A DNA stretch of 64,000 bases, taken from positions 186,001 through 250,000 of the forward strand of contig JAKMXF010000330.1 of NCBI GenBank assembly GCA_024704765.1, given 5' to 3'. This DNA comes from Oopsacas minuta (Eukaryota > Animalia > Porifera). The notes beneath the pieces were generated by a model that saw only the letters and a program-made list of their open reading frames with translations, did not search any database and was not told the origin of the DNA. Shown in pieces: positions 34,330 to 48,600 of the stretch. The translations under genes and the position numbers were made by a program. How positions within the stretch are numbered: position 1 is the stretch's first letter; every line of letters begins with the position of its first letter.

Positions 34330-35113
34330 TAGGGCAGTAAGATCGTACTATCTGGATCTAGATCCTTTTTGATGATCGGAATAGGATCATCGATCCATTT
34401 GTAAAAGTAGGATCGGGATCGGATCGATAGTTTTCTGAAAAGATCCCCATCCTTCCAAATATCTACAAGTAAAAGTGCTGTCTCATGCTATATTCTTAAT
34501 TTAGACAGACTAACGAGCACAAGTTGTTACTAACTCCAAATTCTCAATTCAAATCCATACTTCTATTAAATTAGCTGAATGATCCACAATCCAAAAGGAA
34601 GATTGGAATTATAACGCACAATGGAAACCTGTTTTTCGTACTTATCAGTTGTTTTACGAGTAACTTTATATATTTCTCAGATTGTAAATGATGTGAGATT
34701 TACATATATCCCCCTCGTTTTTTCTTACTACATTTCCTACAAATATCTGTCAGGAAATACCGGTTTCGGCAATATGTAGAATCAAAGTTGTTACTACTAT
34801 ATACTGACAATATTTACTTGTGGCTCTAAGTCCTTCATAGGATCATTTTTTGAAATGATGTACCTCCTATGTATGTATAAATAAATTGATAATCATATCA
34901 TAACTTATAGTCGAAACGTTCAACTTAGTATTCATAATATTCAACTGTATTTCAAATAATAGATCATCAATTAGACTACTAGAGGATTGTAAAGTGGATC
35001 GTGATCGAATCATAAATCCTTTTAGAATTTAAGATCGGAACTGGGAACGCCGATCATAAATTCAGCCAGGATCGGGATCTAGATCCTTTAATTGAGGATC
35101 GTCTAATGCCCAA
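34330..35113. mobile_element. Non-autonomous hAT element (GATC-rich subtermini)
   Basis: TIRs TAGGGCAGTAAGATC / GATCGTCTAATGCCCAA; 8-bp TSD TCTTTAAC/CCTTTAAC (7/8); same family as 54000-54598. Confidence 0.7.
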
Positions 35114-36680
35114 CCTTTAACTATTAGAGGTACAATTAAAAGATTTTTGAAGTATAATCTCATATGTATTAATACTGTGATGAAAATAGCTTCTCAGCTG
35201 AGCACACTAGTACACAATAATACAGCACTGCAATTTGCCCTCACACCACTGCACCTACGCACAGCAGTTAGCTATAAGCTAGCAATTCCACTAAATTAAT
35301 AGATTACACAACATTTTCAGTTGTGAGCAAAAGTTCGTTATGAAAGGGATAGATGTGTACATACGCTCAAAAGTTCTAATTGAATTGCACAATTAAGACA
35401 AGCATATTCGAACTAAGTAGCCATATATGTAAGTCTATCTATATTAATATTATGACTAGTTGTGGGAAGTATAAAACTATTTCTAGTTAATTGACGATGA
35501 ATAGTAAAAGAAGTTTGTGAGGACAAATAATTAAAACAAAACAAAAAATTGAAAAATGGACACATCTGGACACATCTGGACACATATGTATTATTACAAA
35601 TCAGGAAAAAAACTAAATGGTAGATAAAGCTTACAATATTTTATAATACATCATCCACTGATTGTGATCTGTGAAATTTGATTGAAATATCTCGAGACTG
35701 TATTGTTGACTTATTAACCTTAAAAAATACATTTAATATAATAAACAAGTCCGACTTTTTTGGAATAAAGTATAGCAGAGAAGTTAACATATTATGAAAT
35801 ACTGATTATAACAATAACTCTTATGTAATTACAAACCATTTCTAAGTCTTATCATTATTCTGCATAAATTTATGGAAAAAGTGAAAGTGAAGATAATTTT
35901 CAATAAATTAATAGCTGAAACTGGGTTAACGATCTTCATCTGGTACTTCAGCGAATGGTACAGCTGTCAAATTAGTAATACAAATTGATGTGGCATATGA
36001 TAAATATACAAATTTCTGAAAGAGTGAAAAGGCTCAATTAAAGTGGCTACATCATTCGGGGATCGGGTGATGCATTGCGATCCATGCTCCTAAGATCATG
36101 GTATATAAATCTTATATTCGATATGCTATAATGCATGAAACTGATTGAATAATGAATCGTGGTCCTAGGTACAATCTGAAAGTTGCTGGATGTCATAATT
36201 GCATAACAAGCGAATACTAATTAGTAATAATTATATTAACTTTCAATTACTATATATAATCCCAGCATATGGGGAGAAGATTATTCGTATAAACTCACTT
36301 TTGGTTTCATCTTGATGATAGGTTTCTGGGTATTCTTCGCGTTTAATAAGTGTTGATAAGAGATCTAGGAATAAATACATTTTCACAATATTTAATTAGA
36401 AAACAGTAGTGAAAGACGATTTTGGTCTCTAATAATGGTAAAGTTGTTTCAGCTCCATAAAACATCTCAGAAAGAGGTGGTCGGGAGGGCATTCAAATTC
36501 ACTATCGTTACCTCTTATTTAATCACTACGTAGATAATATTTGGTTGATCTGGGTTGATTTATAAAAATAATACATAAAATGTGTTAAATGGAAATTAAT
36601 AGCAGAATCACTAGAATGTACCAAAGGAAGTACAGTGGTAATGACGTCATCTCAATATTCCTGACCCTGATAGCTAGTCA

Positions 36681-39600
36681 TCATACAGATGAAATACAAT
36701 GAGATAATTTATGATACAAAATGGTGGTCAAGTTAGATGTGTGCGGTGGAGCTGAAACAAGTTCCAAATTATACATTATACTCACCTCAAAAGCTTGTCC
36801 TAATGTGTGCACGACCTCATCTGCGTGTTCCTATGGTAGAGTAATTACAATAATACCGGCAACAAAGGATAGTATTGTCAGAGAATTTATATCTTACAAT
36901 TGTTGGAGATTGAAATACATTGCAGTAGTATTTAGAGTTCTTTTTGTCTCTTGAAATAAAAGCGAACATTCTCAGATCTTCCATATACTGAGACGAGTAT
37001 GATATATGATGCATCATATGCTCTTGTATTAATCTCTACACAATTAATATAATTATATAATTTATCTCAAAGAAACAGATGCATTATTGCAAAGCATATT
37101 TAATAGAATTCTGAACTCTTTGGGGATCAATTCTTGAACCAAAAAGTTGAATAGAATCATTTTCAGTATACATTGAAATGGTTATACCTTATACGGAAAT
37201 CAAGCTACTCAGTTGATGTCAAGGAAGAATAAAAGTTACAATTTGAACAGAAATAAATGCAACGTGGTATTTGATCGGGATAAGCGAAGGGAACGAGGAG
37301 AAAATAGTGAAATATTATGAGATCATAATAGAAATAAAAATAAGTACACAAGTTGTACAGGGAGTACTTCAAAGGTATATCAAAATTGTTATATTATTAT
37401 CTATTGGTCTTATTGATTAGTATAGAAGTTTATTCTATCGTAGGGATGTAACATAACTAGGGCGTAACTGGCATTGAGGCAGAGGCGGCAACTGCCTTCT
37501 CGCTTTTTTGATCGTTGACTCATCTCCCTATTGTAATCGCCATCGTATTGAGGCAATTATTAATTCTTGCCTCCTCGCTCTGCGATCTCTAGTTACGCCT
37601 CCCCAACATAATGTCCCATAATCTATTGCAATTATTGAATGACATGCAATACGGAAGTAAGTTGATTTATCTAATCAAAGAAATTACACAATAGTAAGAC
37701 ATATCGAAAGAATAACATCAAACAACTCTACAACCATGCTACCCGACCTAATCAAACTGGCCAGTAAGCTAGTAGTTACCATCAAGTTTAACAAACTAAG
37801 TATCATATTGAATTACTTAAATAATCATCCAATAATTTGAATTACAAGACAAATTAGTGGCGTGTGACCAAAGCTGCTAACACTAAATACAAATAATTGA
37901 ATAATGCATATGTATTAGAGGTTGTTTATAAATAACTAATATAGATTCAACACTTTAGTCAATAATTCATGTAACACGGAATGTATAAACCCAGTGATTA
38001 TTACATTATTATTGCAAAAGAACTAATTATTATTTATTCGACCATAAAGTAATCAGTTTAATATGTTAATCAACATTCAAAATGAAGAATATTGCAACAT
38101 TATCCATTTTGGATGTTGAAATCTGATTAGCAGACTGATTAAATAACACCCATACCTTGTTTACAGCAGGATTGTAAGCTTATAATGCTAAACAATCTTA
38201 CTATAGAGATAGAGTAACAATTAAAAATTCCCTTACTAGCTAAGATTTAGGAGTCACGGACTAATAAGTAATACGTATCATATAATTATGGATTACAGCT
38301 TCCAGAGGCTGTATTACCCAGTTAGGCTAGGATTCATTCCTAATACTCCTACCATAAATTCATACGCATAGAAAGGATTTTCATGCTATGGACCCAGTAG
38401 AAGGAAAGATGAAAAGTTTAGCATTCCTACACTCCTACCCATATTTTTGTCAAAATCACATTAAACTTAATTAATCCAACTACGTTCCAGTAAGAATCTG
38501 TGTTCGGTGATACTCCAATATATTGAATATGGTCTCTGTAATATTAGTTAGCCTCACAAGGACTGCGGTTAGGTAGTAGGTAAATGGAATTATGGAAATG
38601 TTTTTGTCAAAACATTGCTATAATTCCTTTTACAATATTTACGATTCACTAATATATTCATGTCACCACTTCGTTTGAATGGTCTCATGAATATATGTGA
38701 AAAATTTTCTATAGCAACGCTCAGGAATTTGGCAACATTCCATTCTCAAAATGTTCCCTAACCACATCGAGTGACTCTCTTTCGACTCCAATTGGCTTTT
38801 AGAGTCCTAATAAATGGCTAACATGACTCAATATGGTCATTAAATGTGTATTTGGTGAATAGTTCGAACGAGCTATTATAAATTTTCCCCATAGGAGAAA
38901 AGTTTTTCGATTGGGCTAACAAAGTAAATCAGTTATGCTGTTTCGAATGGCACTAGCCTCAGTTTCTGATATAGCCTAAAACCGAAATCTATTTTATTCG
39001 CCTTCTCGGTGATATATACCACCGTGTAATACTAATTAGGCCATGATTTGGGTAATTTAAAAAAGTACGAAGAATTTAATTCTAATGATGAAAAACAGAA
39101 TGTATGTTGAATGTGACAAGCCCGCAGAATGTAACGTTCGAAAACTAAGTTAATTAGTCTCGCAACAATGAAATTAAATTAAGGATATTTCCAAATATAA
39201 CAAATGTTGAGTATTTAACATACCTCTTTCTCTATTGAATACAATTTAATCCATTTCCAAGAAATTGATAGTGTTATGGAAGGAATATTTTTTCCTCTCT
39301 TTGAAGCTTCCTAAATGAATATATTACTTCATATCTTTACAACCAGGTTTATTACACAACACGAGAGATACTGATATTGTAAGAACATTGATACTTAGTA
39401 TGTAAACATTTTTCATGATCCCTTAATATGCTCTATAAATACACAGGTATGTGCATTGCATAATGTGAAAGGCCCTTAGGATAAGCTCATCAAGTTCTCA
39501 AGAATTCAATCTCAAGATCTGACAACTCAACAACAATCACATCATGTATGCAAGATCATCTCAATCAATAATTAAGGCGGAATGTGCAAGTGTATCATAT

Positions 39601-42600
39601 CAATAAATTACATTCTTATAGAAGATACACCACTCTTTCAACAAAAGGAACTAACAATGTAGATAATACACAACACTACATGTGTAGCAAGAATAATGCC
39701 AACTGATCAATGAAATATAATTACCTCCTGTAATCTACGGAAATACCTAAGCAGCACTGCCGGTACCTGGATAAGAACATTATTGGAAAGTATGGAATTA
39801 GACAAGTGTACCTTAATCTTTTTACAGGTGATGTTGATTGTTTCTTTGCCAACAAGGGATGTCACTACAGCTGTTCCCATAAACTAAAAGAATTAGAAAA
39901 AGTCATTGATTGATTGCATAAATAATTAGAATTTACATACTCAATCAACTTATATTACAGCTAATTATTATTAGAGAGAGAATTATAATCTTGATAATTA
40001 ATCAGAAATTTGGAAAACAATACCTAAGTAAAGAATAACAAATGATTATGAAATAAATAATAATAAAGGCAAAGAGAATGATTTTCCTGGATCCAGGATT
40101 CCACCAAGGTGTACGGCAAGCTTTTAGGCCAATAAACCTGAAATATATTTTCAATACGCATTAAAAATTCATATAAATAGATATAGAAATATTACTAATC
40201 ATAACAATATTATAGGTAAATGTGTGTGGACTCGAAACTCTCCTAAACTCGCACAATACAAATTAAATCTAGCCAACATAAGTGGTTTCAGTACGGAAGA
40301 AAATCGCAGTTTCGCATATAAACTCAGATGATATTAATTACAGTGGAATTCGTGTTGCTAATAGGAGAACAGAGTCAATACAAAATCTACATTTGGAACC
40401 TGAAAATAAATTGCTAATAAGCAAACTTCACTAATAGTTTAGCTGTTTAGCATGAGTACTTTGGATTTTTCATAACTAGTTCGTTCAAGAATCGTTTAAT
40501 AAAACTAAACATCGGTATTTGGACAGAGTCCTGAAACCTATATAATACGTATATAAGAGTTCTCTTTTTCTACCTGGACATTATACCACCAACATATAGT
40601 ATTGGTGATTCAACTGTACCTGACCAGGTACACGCTAGACATGAATATGAATACTTACTTTAACTGAATAGCATATAGAACCAGTTGTTAGCTTGTTAAT
40701 AGGGTGTACCCATAAGTTCTGAGTTTGAGCTGTCAGCTCCTCATTTTCCAAGCTAGTACTCATCGTCTCTCGTCGCATGACCATTGGAGACCTGATGCGA
40801 ATCTCTGCAGGAGAAGTAGGAGGAATGGGAATAGATGAAGGGAGGGAGTAGCTGGAGGAGGGCATAGATGTAGAAGTCGATAAGTGTGGTTTGGGTACTC
40901 TAATAGTGGTAGAGGCTCCACTATTTCGCTTTCTCTCAGGTAGGCCCTAGGACACAATGTTTTCAAATGATTTAAATGAAGAGATTTAAATGCATTATAA
41001 TATAATTACGAACATTCGACAAAGAGATAAAATGAGAAATTCAGATTCAGAATTTTGAAGATTCGTTGAGAGCAAGTTTCTATGGATTTTATAAAACCTG
41101 TTTATATTCTAATAAATTAAACAACAATATTTAAGTAAACAGGAATAGTTATGTTTTTCTGAATTCTCAATTCAGTCAAAGACACAATACATTAAATACA
41201 ATGGATAAAACACATAAAATATTTAACTTTTCAAGAAATGTATCCTCCAGCCATATTCGTCTGACACTAATTTGCTGTGAGGCTAGTATCGTGGGTTTGT
41301 AAGCAAAACAGATATTCAGATAAATAGTGTAACTTGTCCAACACAGCAGGTAGTAACGTCAGGAGACATTTCAATTTTATAAGTTCATATTAGGTGGTGT
41401 TCTGAGGGTACATATTAACCACAAAATAGATCAAAGATTGAATATTAATGTCTTTTAACTGACTGACATCACTACATGTTTGAGTGGAATATTTTTTACT
41501 TCAAACTGGGCTTATTCCGTTTACCACTTAGGCGCATTCGCTTTGTAAATAAGACTCATACGTTATACATTTTAATCAGGGTTGGAGTTTAACCCGGGGT
41601 TAAATTGTAAAACACAGTAAATATTCAAAGTCTTCATAAATAAAGATCTGTAATCGTACAATTGACTTAAAACCAGACGTTATTAGTATGAATTTTAGTA
41701 TTAATTCCAAATACATATATGTATTAATTAATATTAAAATTGAGTTTCCAAAAAAAGGGAAATATACTTCTATAGTTTGATTAATCAAATTATAGTCTGG
41801 CAATCTTAAATTAGAGTCTCAAACACAGCTTAGGTAGTTTACCCAATTAAATGAGGTTTAGCACAGTGAAACAACCAGTTTTGACCATAAAATAGGATTT
41901 AACCCAGTTTAACCCACTAAATGGGATTTAACCATGGTTTAAACCTGGGGGGTGGGTTAAACTAGCCAACCCTGATTTTAATAAGTTTCGTTTAGTAGCT
42001 ATGGTATATGCCCCTTGTCGTTTTTAATACCTTAAATTTAGTACGTATTAACCCGATGTATGACTTATGCCAGCTACCAGTATAAGTCAACAAAGTTCTA
42101 CTGTAGTATATTATTCAAGGATAATGGGAATTTGAAAACAACATTACCTGCAACAAGCTAGAAGACTCATAGACTGGATTCTGCTTAATAACCTTCTTAC
42201 TAGATCTGAACTTTCCAAACCTAGACTTTTTATTGTCTGAATTAGATTTCTTGTCTCCCTCAGGATAGAAACTAGCTATATTCTCATCAGCATAATTGTG
42301 TTGATTGTCTCTCATCTGAGTAGGTGTTGAGTGACACATAATACTATGATACCGTCTGTCTGATCTATTTAACCACGCCTCTGGAGGTAGATTCTCTCCA
42401 GTCTCTTCAATACGTTGCTGGTAAATGGGAGATATTGCGAACTCACTGCTATCGGAGTGTCTGTTATCTTTTCGAGTGTATTTAGAGGTATGAGATTTGT
42501 TCCCTTCAGGAGGTAGCTGGATCGCATGACTGGTTCTGTTGTCATTGGAGTTGTGCTGATCCATGACGCGAGGCTGTAGCTGTAGAGACTCAGCAATGTA

Positions 42601-45600
42601 ACTAATTAGAGTTTCCTTAGTATTTTCAGACATGAGATCTACAGTGTTCTTCAGCTGCATTCCTATCTGGGAGTACGATCTCTTAGTTTGAACCTCTCGC
42701 ATCTCTCCAGTTGGTCCTATTCGCTCGGGTACGGGGCGTAAGGGCTTGACAGAAAAACTGCTGTTGCTGCTCTTCCTCATTGCTATGTTGTTGGCCAGCA
42801 CTGGTTTGGGGAAGGGTTTAGGTTTCCTTGGGTCATCATGTGTAACTGGATTCTTAGGAGGGAGCGGAGGGAGATTTTTCTTTTGAACAATAGGTTGAGA
42901 ACATTGCTGCTTGATCCTCTCTTGCGGAATAGTTCCATTCATGTTACTAACTTGACGAGAATAGTCTCTGGGGTAAGAATGAGTAATATGCTTGTCGTAG
43001 TAGGACCATAGTTCTTGCGTGACCTCATACGAGTCTTTCCTAGGGGGAGGATGGGGTATAGAGGAAGAGGGAGACGAGTCCATAGGAAAGCTAGTATCAG
43101 AAAAGGAAGCTAAGCTGAAAGGTGGAGAATAGAAATCAGAATCTGATGGCGTGAAATTCCTCTCAGGAGAAGCAGCTCGGATCCGAGATAAAGAGTATAA
43201 GATTCTTCTTCTATAACCTAATTGATGTATTTGTAGAACTGTACTCAGTTGTATGTCCCACAAATGACATACGTCATCAATCGTATTAAAGCCTTTCCTA
43301 GTGAATAAATGGTACAGTTGGTGTAAGCCAATCTGAATTAACCATTGACTAATACTGGAAGGTCTAGTGTTAATCTCTGGAGCAGGGAGGAGGTTTACTG
43401 CTGCAAGGATGTGTCTAGAAGAGTGGAATTTAGGATGAAGGGGACCTGGATTTTAGACAGCTAGCAGATTCTAGTCTAATCCCCACGTCAACGCTAGTTA
43501 ACACTTTTGCGTTTTAGGAGCGAAACTGAAATGATTGCAACATGCAAATTTGCCTCTATAAATTTAATTATAATTATTTGTAGACCCAACATAATGGGAA
43601 CTTGGAAAATAGATATTTTAGACATAATACTTGTGTAATTGCGTGGACATAATGTAAAAGTGTTAATCGTGAGATAATTCACAAAAGCTGATTTTCACAA
43701 GAACATGATAATGAGATAGGCACCCAAACTTTACTTACATTAAAGTGCTTTAACTAGAGTTTAATCACTTTTAAGTTAAGTTTGGGAATTTTCTGGTAAA
43801 ATGACTAGTTTCAGTATTTATTGAGATGAATTAAGCGCAGGATAAGAATCCATTATATTTAAGAAATAAACATAATACATACGTAGATAGATCTGAATTA
43901 AATTGATAATTATGAATGACCTGTGAACTGGTAGAATTAGTGAGAATACAGCACTAAATGGTATATATTAACAAAACAGTGTTAATTTGTAGAGGCCAAT
44001 TGTTGTGAATCAAATAAATTCTAGAATTAGAGAATTTCCAAAATCTCAAGTACATACCGGGTCTTCAAATATTCTGATGAAGCATTTTAATACTTTTATA
44101 AATAATAATACCATAGATTTGTTGTGTAAATTGGAAGGATTTGGTAGAGCCATTGGATACTCTACAATGAATAAACGCGTAAACAGAGATCAATTAATTA
44201 TTTAACGGAGCATTTAATAGCTTAAGAATTCGTTGAATTTCTAATATATGATTTCTATAATCCTACTTTCCTATTTATCCTCAAACAGATAGATTGAAGC
44301 TATACCCTGCGCATATGTAAATACCAAATAAATACCATAGTAAGAATCTACATGTGTTCTAACATCATAGCATAGCTAATTTGTCAAACAGAAGCAGAAT
44401 TGTAATGAAATCATATTCAGGGAAATCAACTCCTGTTAGTAACAGCTAAGTAATCTCAATTTGGTAAGTACAACTGCGTACGGACTTGAGGCTTCAGCAA
44501 ATTACATTCAAATTGTAAATTATAATTAATTTTGACATTAAGGTTCATTGTCAAATCGGGAGCAGACGAGCTGCACATCTCATTTACGTAGTAGCTTTGT
44601 CATTCATTGTTGTCATTTTCAATCACATAAAAATGTATATAAATTTGACAAATTCAGTGTAGCATATATTATAAACTGACATATCGCAACTTGGATCTCA
44701 TTCTCGAACCATATTCCATATATGAGGAATTGACCATAATACGTAAGGCGTACTGAAACTCACATTACACCTAATATGCTTAAACACCACTCATAAAAGA
44801 GTAACGTCACAGCTTGAGTCCAATACAAAGTTCTATCAAAGGTGGCTACGAAATGCGAATACTAAAGTAATGACATGTCATTTCGAAATTCGAATAGTCA
44901 TATATTCAAAGGGTACTGACTAGTATATACAATTCTTGATATAGCAATTTGAGACCTGCTTTAAGCTATATGAGCAAATACCGACATTTCATTCCAGATT
45001 AGCTCTGAGCTCCGTCCAAGAGGTCGTAGGAAATTGGAGACTTTAAGTGGCTTCTGAAGTTAATTTAGTCCATGGAAAAATTTGTCAGCAAAGGGTTGGT
45101 GGAATGCAATTAAACATCTTATACCATAACTAAATGTTATGTAACAGAATCTATGTATCCACCAGCAACCATAAAGCATGTCACAACTAGTAAGCTACAA
45201 ATTGTTTGTATGTTTCACCTAATTGTGTGTTATGCTAAACTGAGAAGTCAACAAGATTGTGATGACAAGCGAATAAGGTATATAAAAACAAAGAGATTAA
45301 ATATCAACTCACTGAATCTCAGCAATATCTTCAATACCAATATCTTCCAAATCATCTTGAGTAAGTATTCCAGCCAAGAAACCTATATCATCAAATCCAT
45401 TACTCATCAACAGAAGTGTGCGGTGAGGAAGTTCAATACTCTGCATTAAATCAGGAACAGAGATGGGAGAGAGAGATGATGTCATTTCCGTGCTCGTAGT
45501 ACTCTCAATCTCACTTGAGATCTGTGCTACCATATCCAAAACATTCTCTATAGACTCCCATTCAGGGTCATCCAGGTCAGGTGGAGAATCTTCTCTAGTA

Positions 45601-48600
45601 AGAGTTTTATTTCTGTCGAGTTTTATTTTATGTGGTTCTGTAATTTTAGGATCTATAAATACGTCTTCATGACTCATTGATAAATCCTCTACAGATAACA
45701 TAGGATCAGATTTCTGGTCAAGAAACTCTTGTGGTGTTTGCTCACCAGAGGTGGAGAGAGGACGGAATGGAATTTCGTAGGAGGAGAGTATTTCCGGTTG
45801 GAAGTAAGGAATACTTCTAATTGGACTATATCTACTTTCTTGAAAATATTTTGGCTTGAATTGAGTGTCGCTGAATGATGGTGAAGTACTTCTCGAAGTG
45901 TCACTTGTCAAGTTTCCAGACTGATAGCCTTTATTGCCTAGAAAGTAACAGGGTGTTCAAGTAGTGGTAGAATGGGTGTCATGTTTCGTAGAACGATTGT
46001 TATAATGAAGAATACATAAAAAGTGTAAAGTTTAAATGAAATAAAGTGATGAAAAATGCGACGAAATTAGAATATGGAACTGATAAGTACATTTAAAATT
46101 ATGTGCGATACCATAAACCAACTGTCTACCGAGTTGAAAGACCAAATGTAAATATGTATAGTGGAAACCGTCTATTAGCAATTCATCTAGTAGCAAAATC
46201 CGATTTTTCATGAACATAGAATGCAGTTTTGTATGGTAATTAGTGTAAATAATATCATTATTTCGCTTGTTAGCCAGTAAAATTCTTGCAAAATTCGATT
46301 TGCCAATCTTTGGTTTCTACTGTACTACTATATTTATATGTAGAACTTGTTTGGAATTATGTAAATTTGATTTTTTGGATACAAATGGGAACAAATTGAA
46401 TAAAGAAAGTATTAATTTATTGAAATACCCTCAAGTCTAATTCGTCGTACACAGGTGATGCTTGCATAAAAGGGTTGCAGGAGTAGTGAACTTTCCTACC
46501 GACTGGCTTCACGATCACAGTTAAACAAATCGAATACATAATTAGTCAATACAATGCGATCAAGAAAGAGCGGGAAATGAATGAACTATCAGTGCTCAAA
46601 AAAATTATAATTTGTTGGTGGCTATTAGCCACCATCCTACTTAAACTGAGGGTATAACTCTATATACGTAGAAGGCAAATATTTTAGTGGCATAACTAGG
46701 ATTTTGGCAACAAATAGATCATTTTTGGTGGTAATAGCCACCAAACCACCAAATTTGTTGATCAAGAAATAGACTTATCCGAATCATGTTCTCGTGTACA
46801 AATGTCACATGATACCAGGATCACCCTTATAGTAATGAAGAAATTAATAGAAGATAGAATAATAACAATGTGATTTGGCTAAAACTACTGCATCATGAAT
46901 ATCTTAGCATTCAACCCATATCAGTCTAAAATTAACCTGTGTGAATATATCAACAGCTACAAATCTAAATAGTAAAATTATTATGTCCAACACAGCTGTA
47001 TACAACTATAAATAATAAATTTATACTAAGCATTGGCTATAATCGCTAGTATAGATCCATAGTTGAACAGCTGTATGCTACATTAGCATATACGTGAAGA
47101 AGCGCAGCTTGTACAATTCATAGACACTACACTGTATAGTATTCATCCGATAGTGACTTACATTGTGGAAACTAGTTTAGTTAAAATAACCTAACTTACC
47201 TGTAAGTCTATAACTAAAGATGTAACCAAAATATAGATCGATAATATTTGTAGAGAAACAGTATAGACATTATGTAAGTATAGAATAAAGTAGGAAATAT
47301 AACAAAACAGAAATCAGGCAAACACCAAGACAAACTGCCTACCTCTTGGCTTCCCAGGGGGAGGTTTCTCCAAAGTTTTTCGTCCAGGTTGTGGGATGAG
47401 GCCAGAATGACTCATGTCTGAAAAGTGACCAACTTCATTCGGGTAGTTTGCAGGCTCATAGTCCCCTCCATGGTATGTGTTGATACGCCTGGATCCTCTT
47501 GCAGTATGTTTTCTTAGAATAGGATCTGGGAGAGGTGCAGGATATGGACAGCTATCATCTCCAACTGGAGAGATATGACGGATAACTGGTGCTGACTTTT
47601 TCCTCGGTCTATTAATGACTGGTTCTGGGATGAGTGGCTTGAATTCTCTCTTGTTAGATTGAGAGGGATATATGAAGTTAGGTGTGTCTATAGGGATATG
47701 GGTAGATTTATGCCGGACAGGTACAGGAGGAAGGACTGCTATTCCTGGAGGATTGGATCGATCATTGTTCACACTGGATACAGAACTATCAACAGAAGGA
47801 GAAGTACCAGGGAAATATTCTTCATTCTCTCCATTTGTATTTGAAGGTTCTGGCTTAATAGAAGGGTAGTAAGTTACTCTATTTCCACTCTTTATTGAGA
47901 TAACTCTAGTAGAATCCTCCAAGTTAGCCCGAGGGTGTTTAGCACAATTTTTAACAAACTCTCTTCTGTCAATGCCCTCATTACAGCCAAGAACGCTAGC
48001 AGATCTATCGTTTAGAGGAATGTATGAGCCATCAGTGGGAAATCCCAAAGTTCTGTCGTATGAACCTCGAAAGTTCTAGAAGAAGTACATATAATATTAT
48101 ACAAACTTGAATTAATGAATTAATAATAATAATCTCTCACTACAATTGAAAACGTACGTTTATGTTAAATTAGTCAGCAAGGCATAGGCAGGAGATGGGA
48201 GTTAGCCAGACGTAGCAAAATCGAAATGAAATATAAAGCGTTTAATGAGAGATTAATTACTGAGTAATATGTAGTATTCTGTGCTAATTATATATTACAG
48301 GAATTAGAAAAATGGAACCTAATAGAAATTGATTGCTCATAAATAATATTCACTTTACACACACAAGTTAGGGTATGTATCATCTGATCCTCGCAGTATT
48401 AAGTATTCAGCATCGAGGACAGACAGCAGGAGCCAAACATATCCAACATGCTAAAATATGGCCATATAGACAAACTCAGTATGCTAAAGCTTGCAAGCCT
48501 TTATTGCAAACCTTAAGTATCAGCAGTTAATTACATAATACAACTGCAAAATACATTGAATAACGTATAAATAATAGTGGATAAACTTGTAATTAACTGC

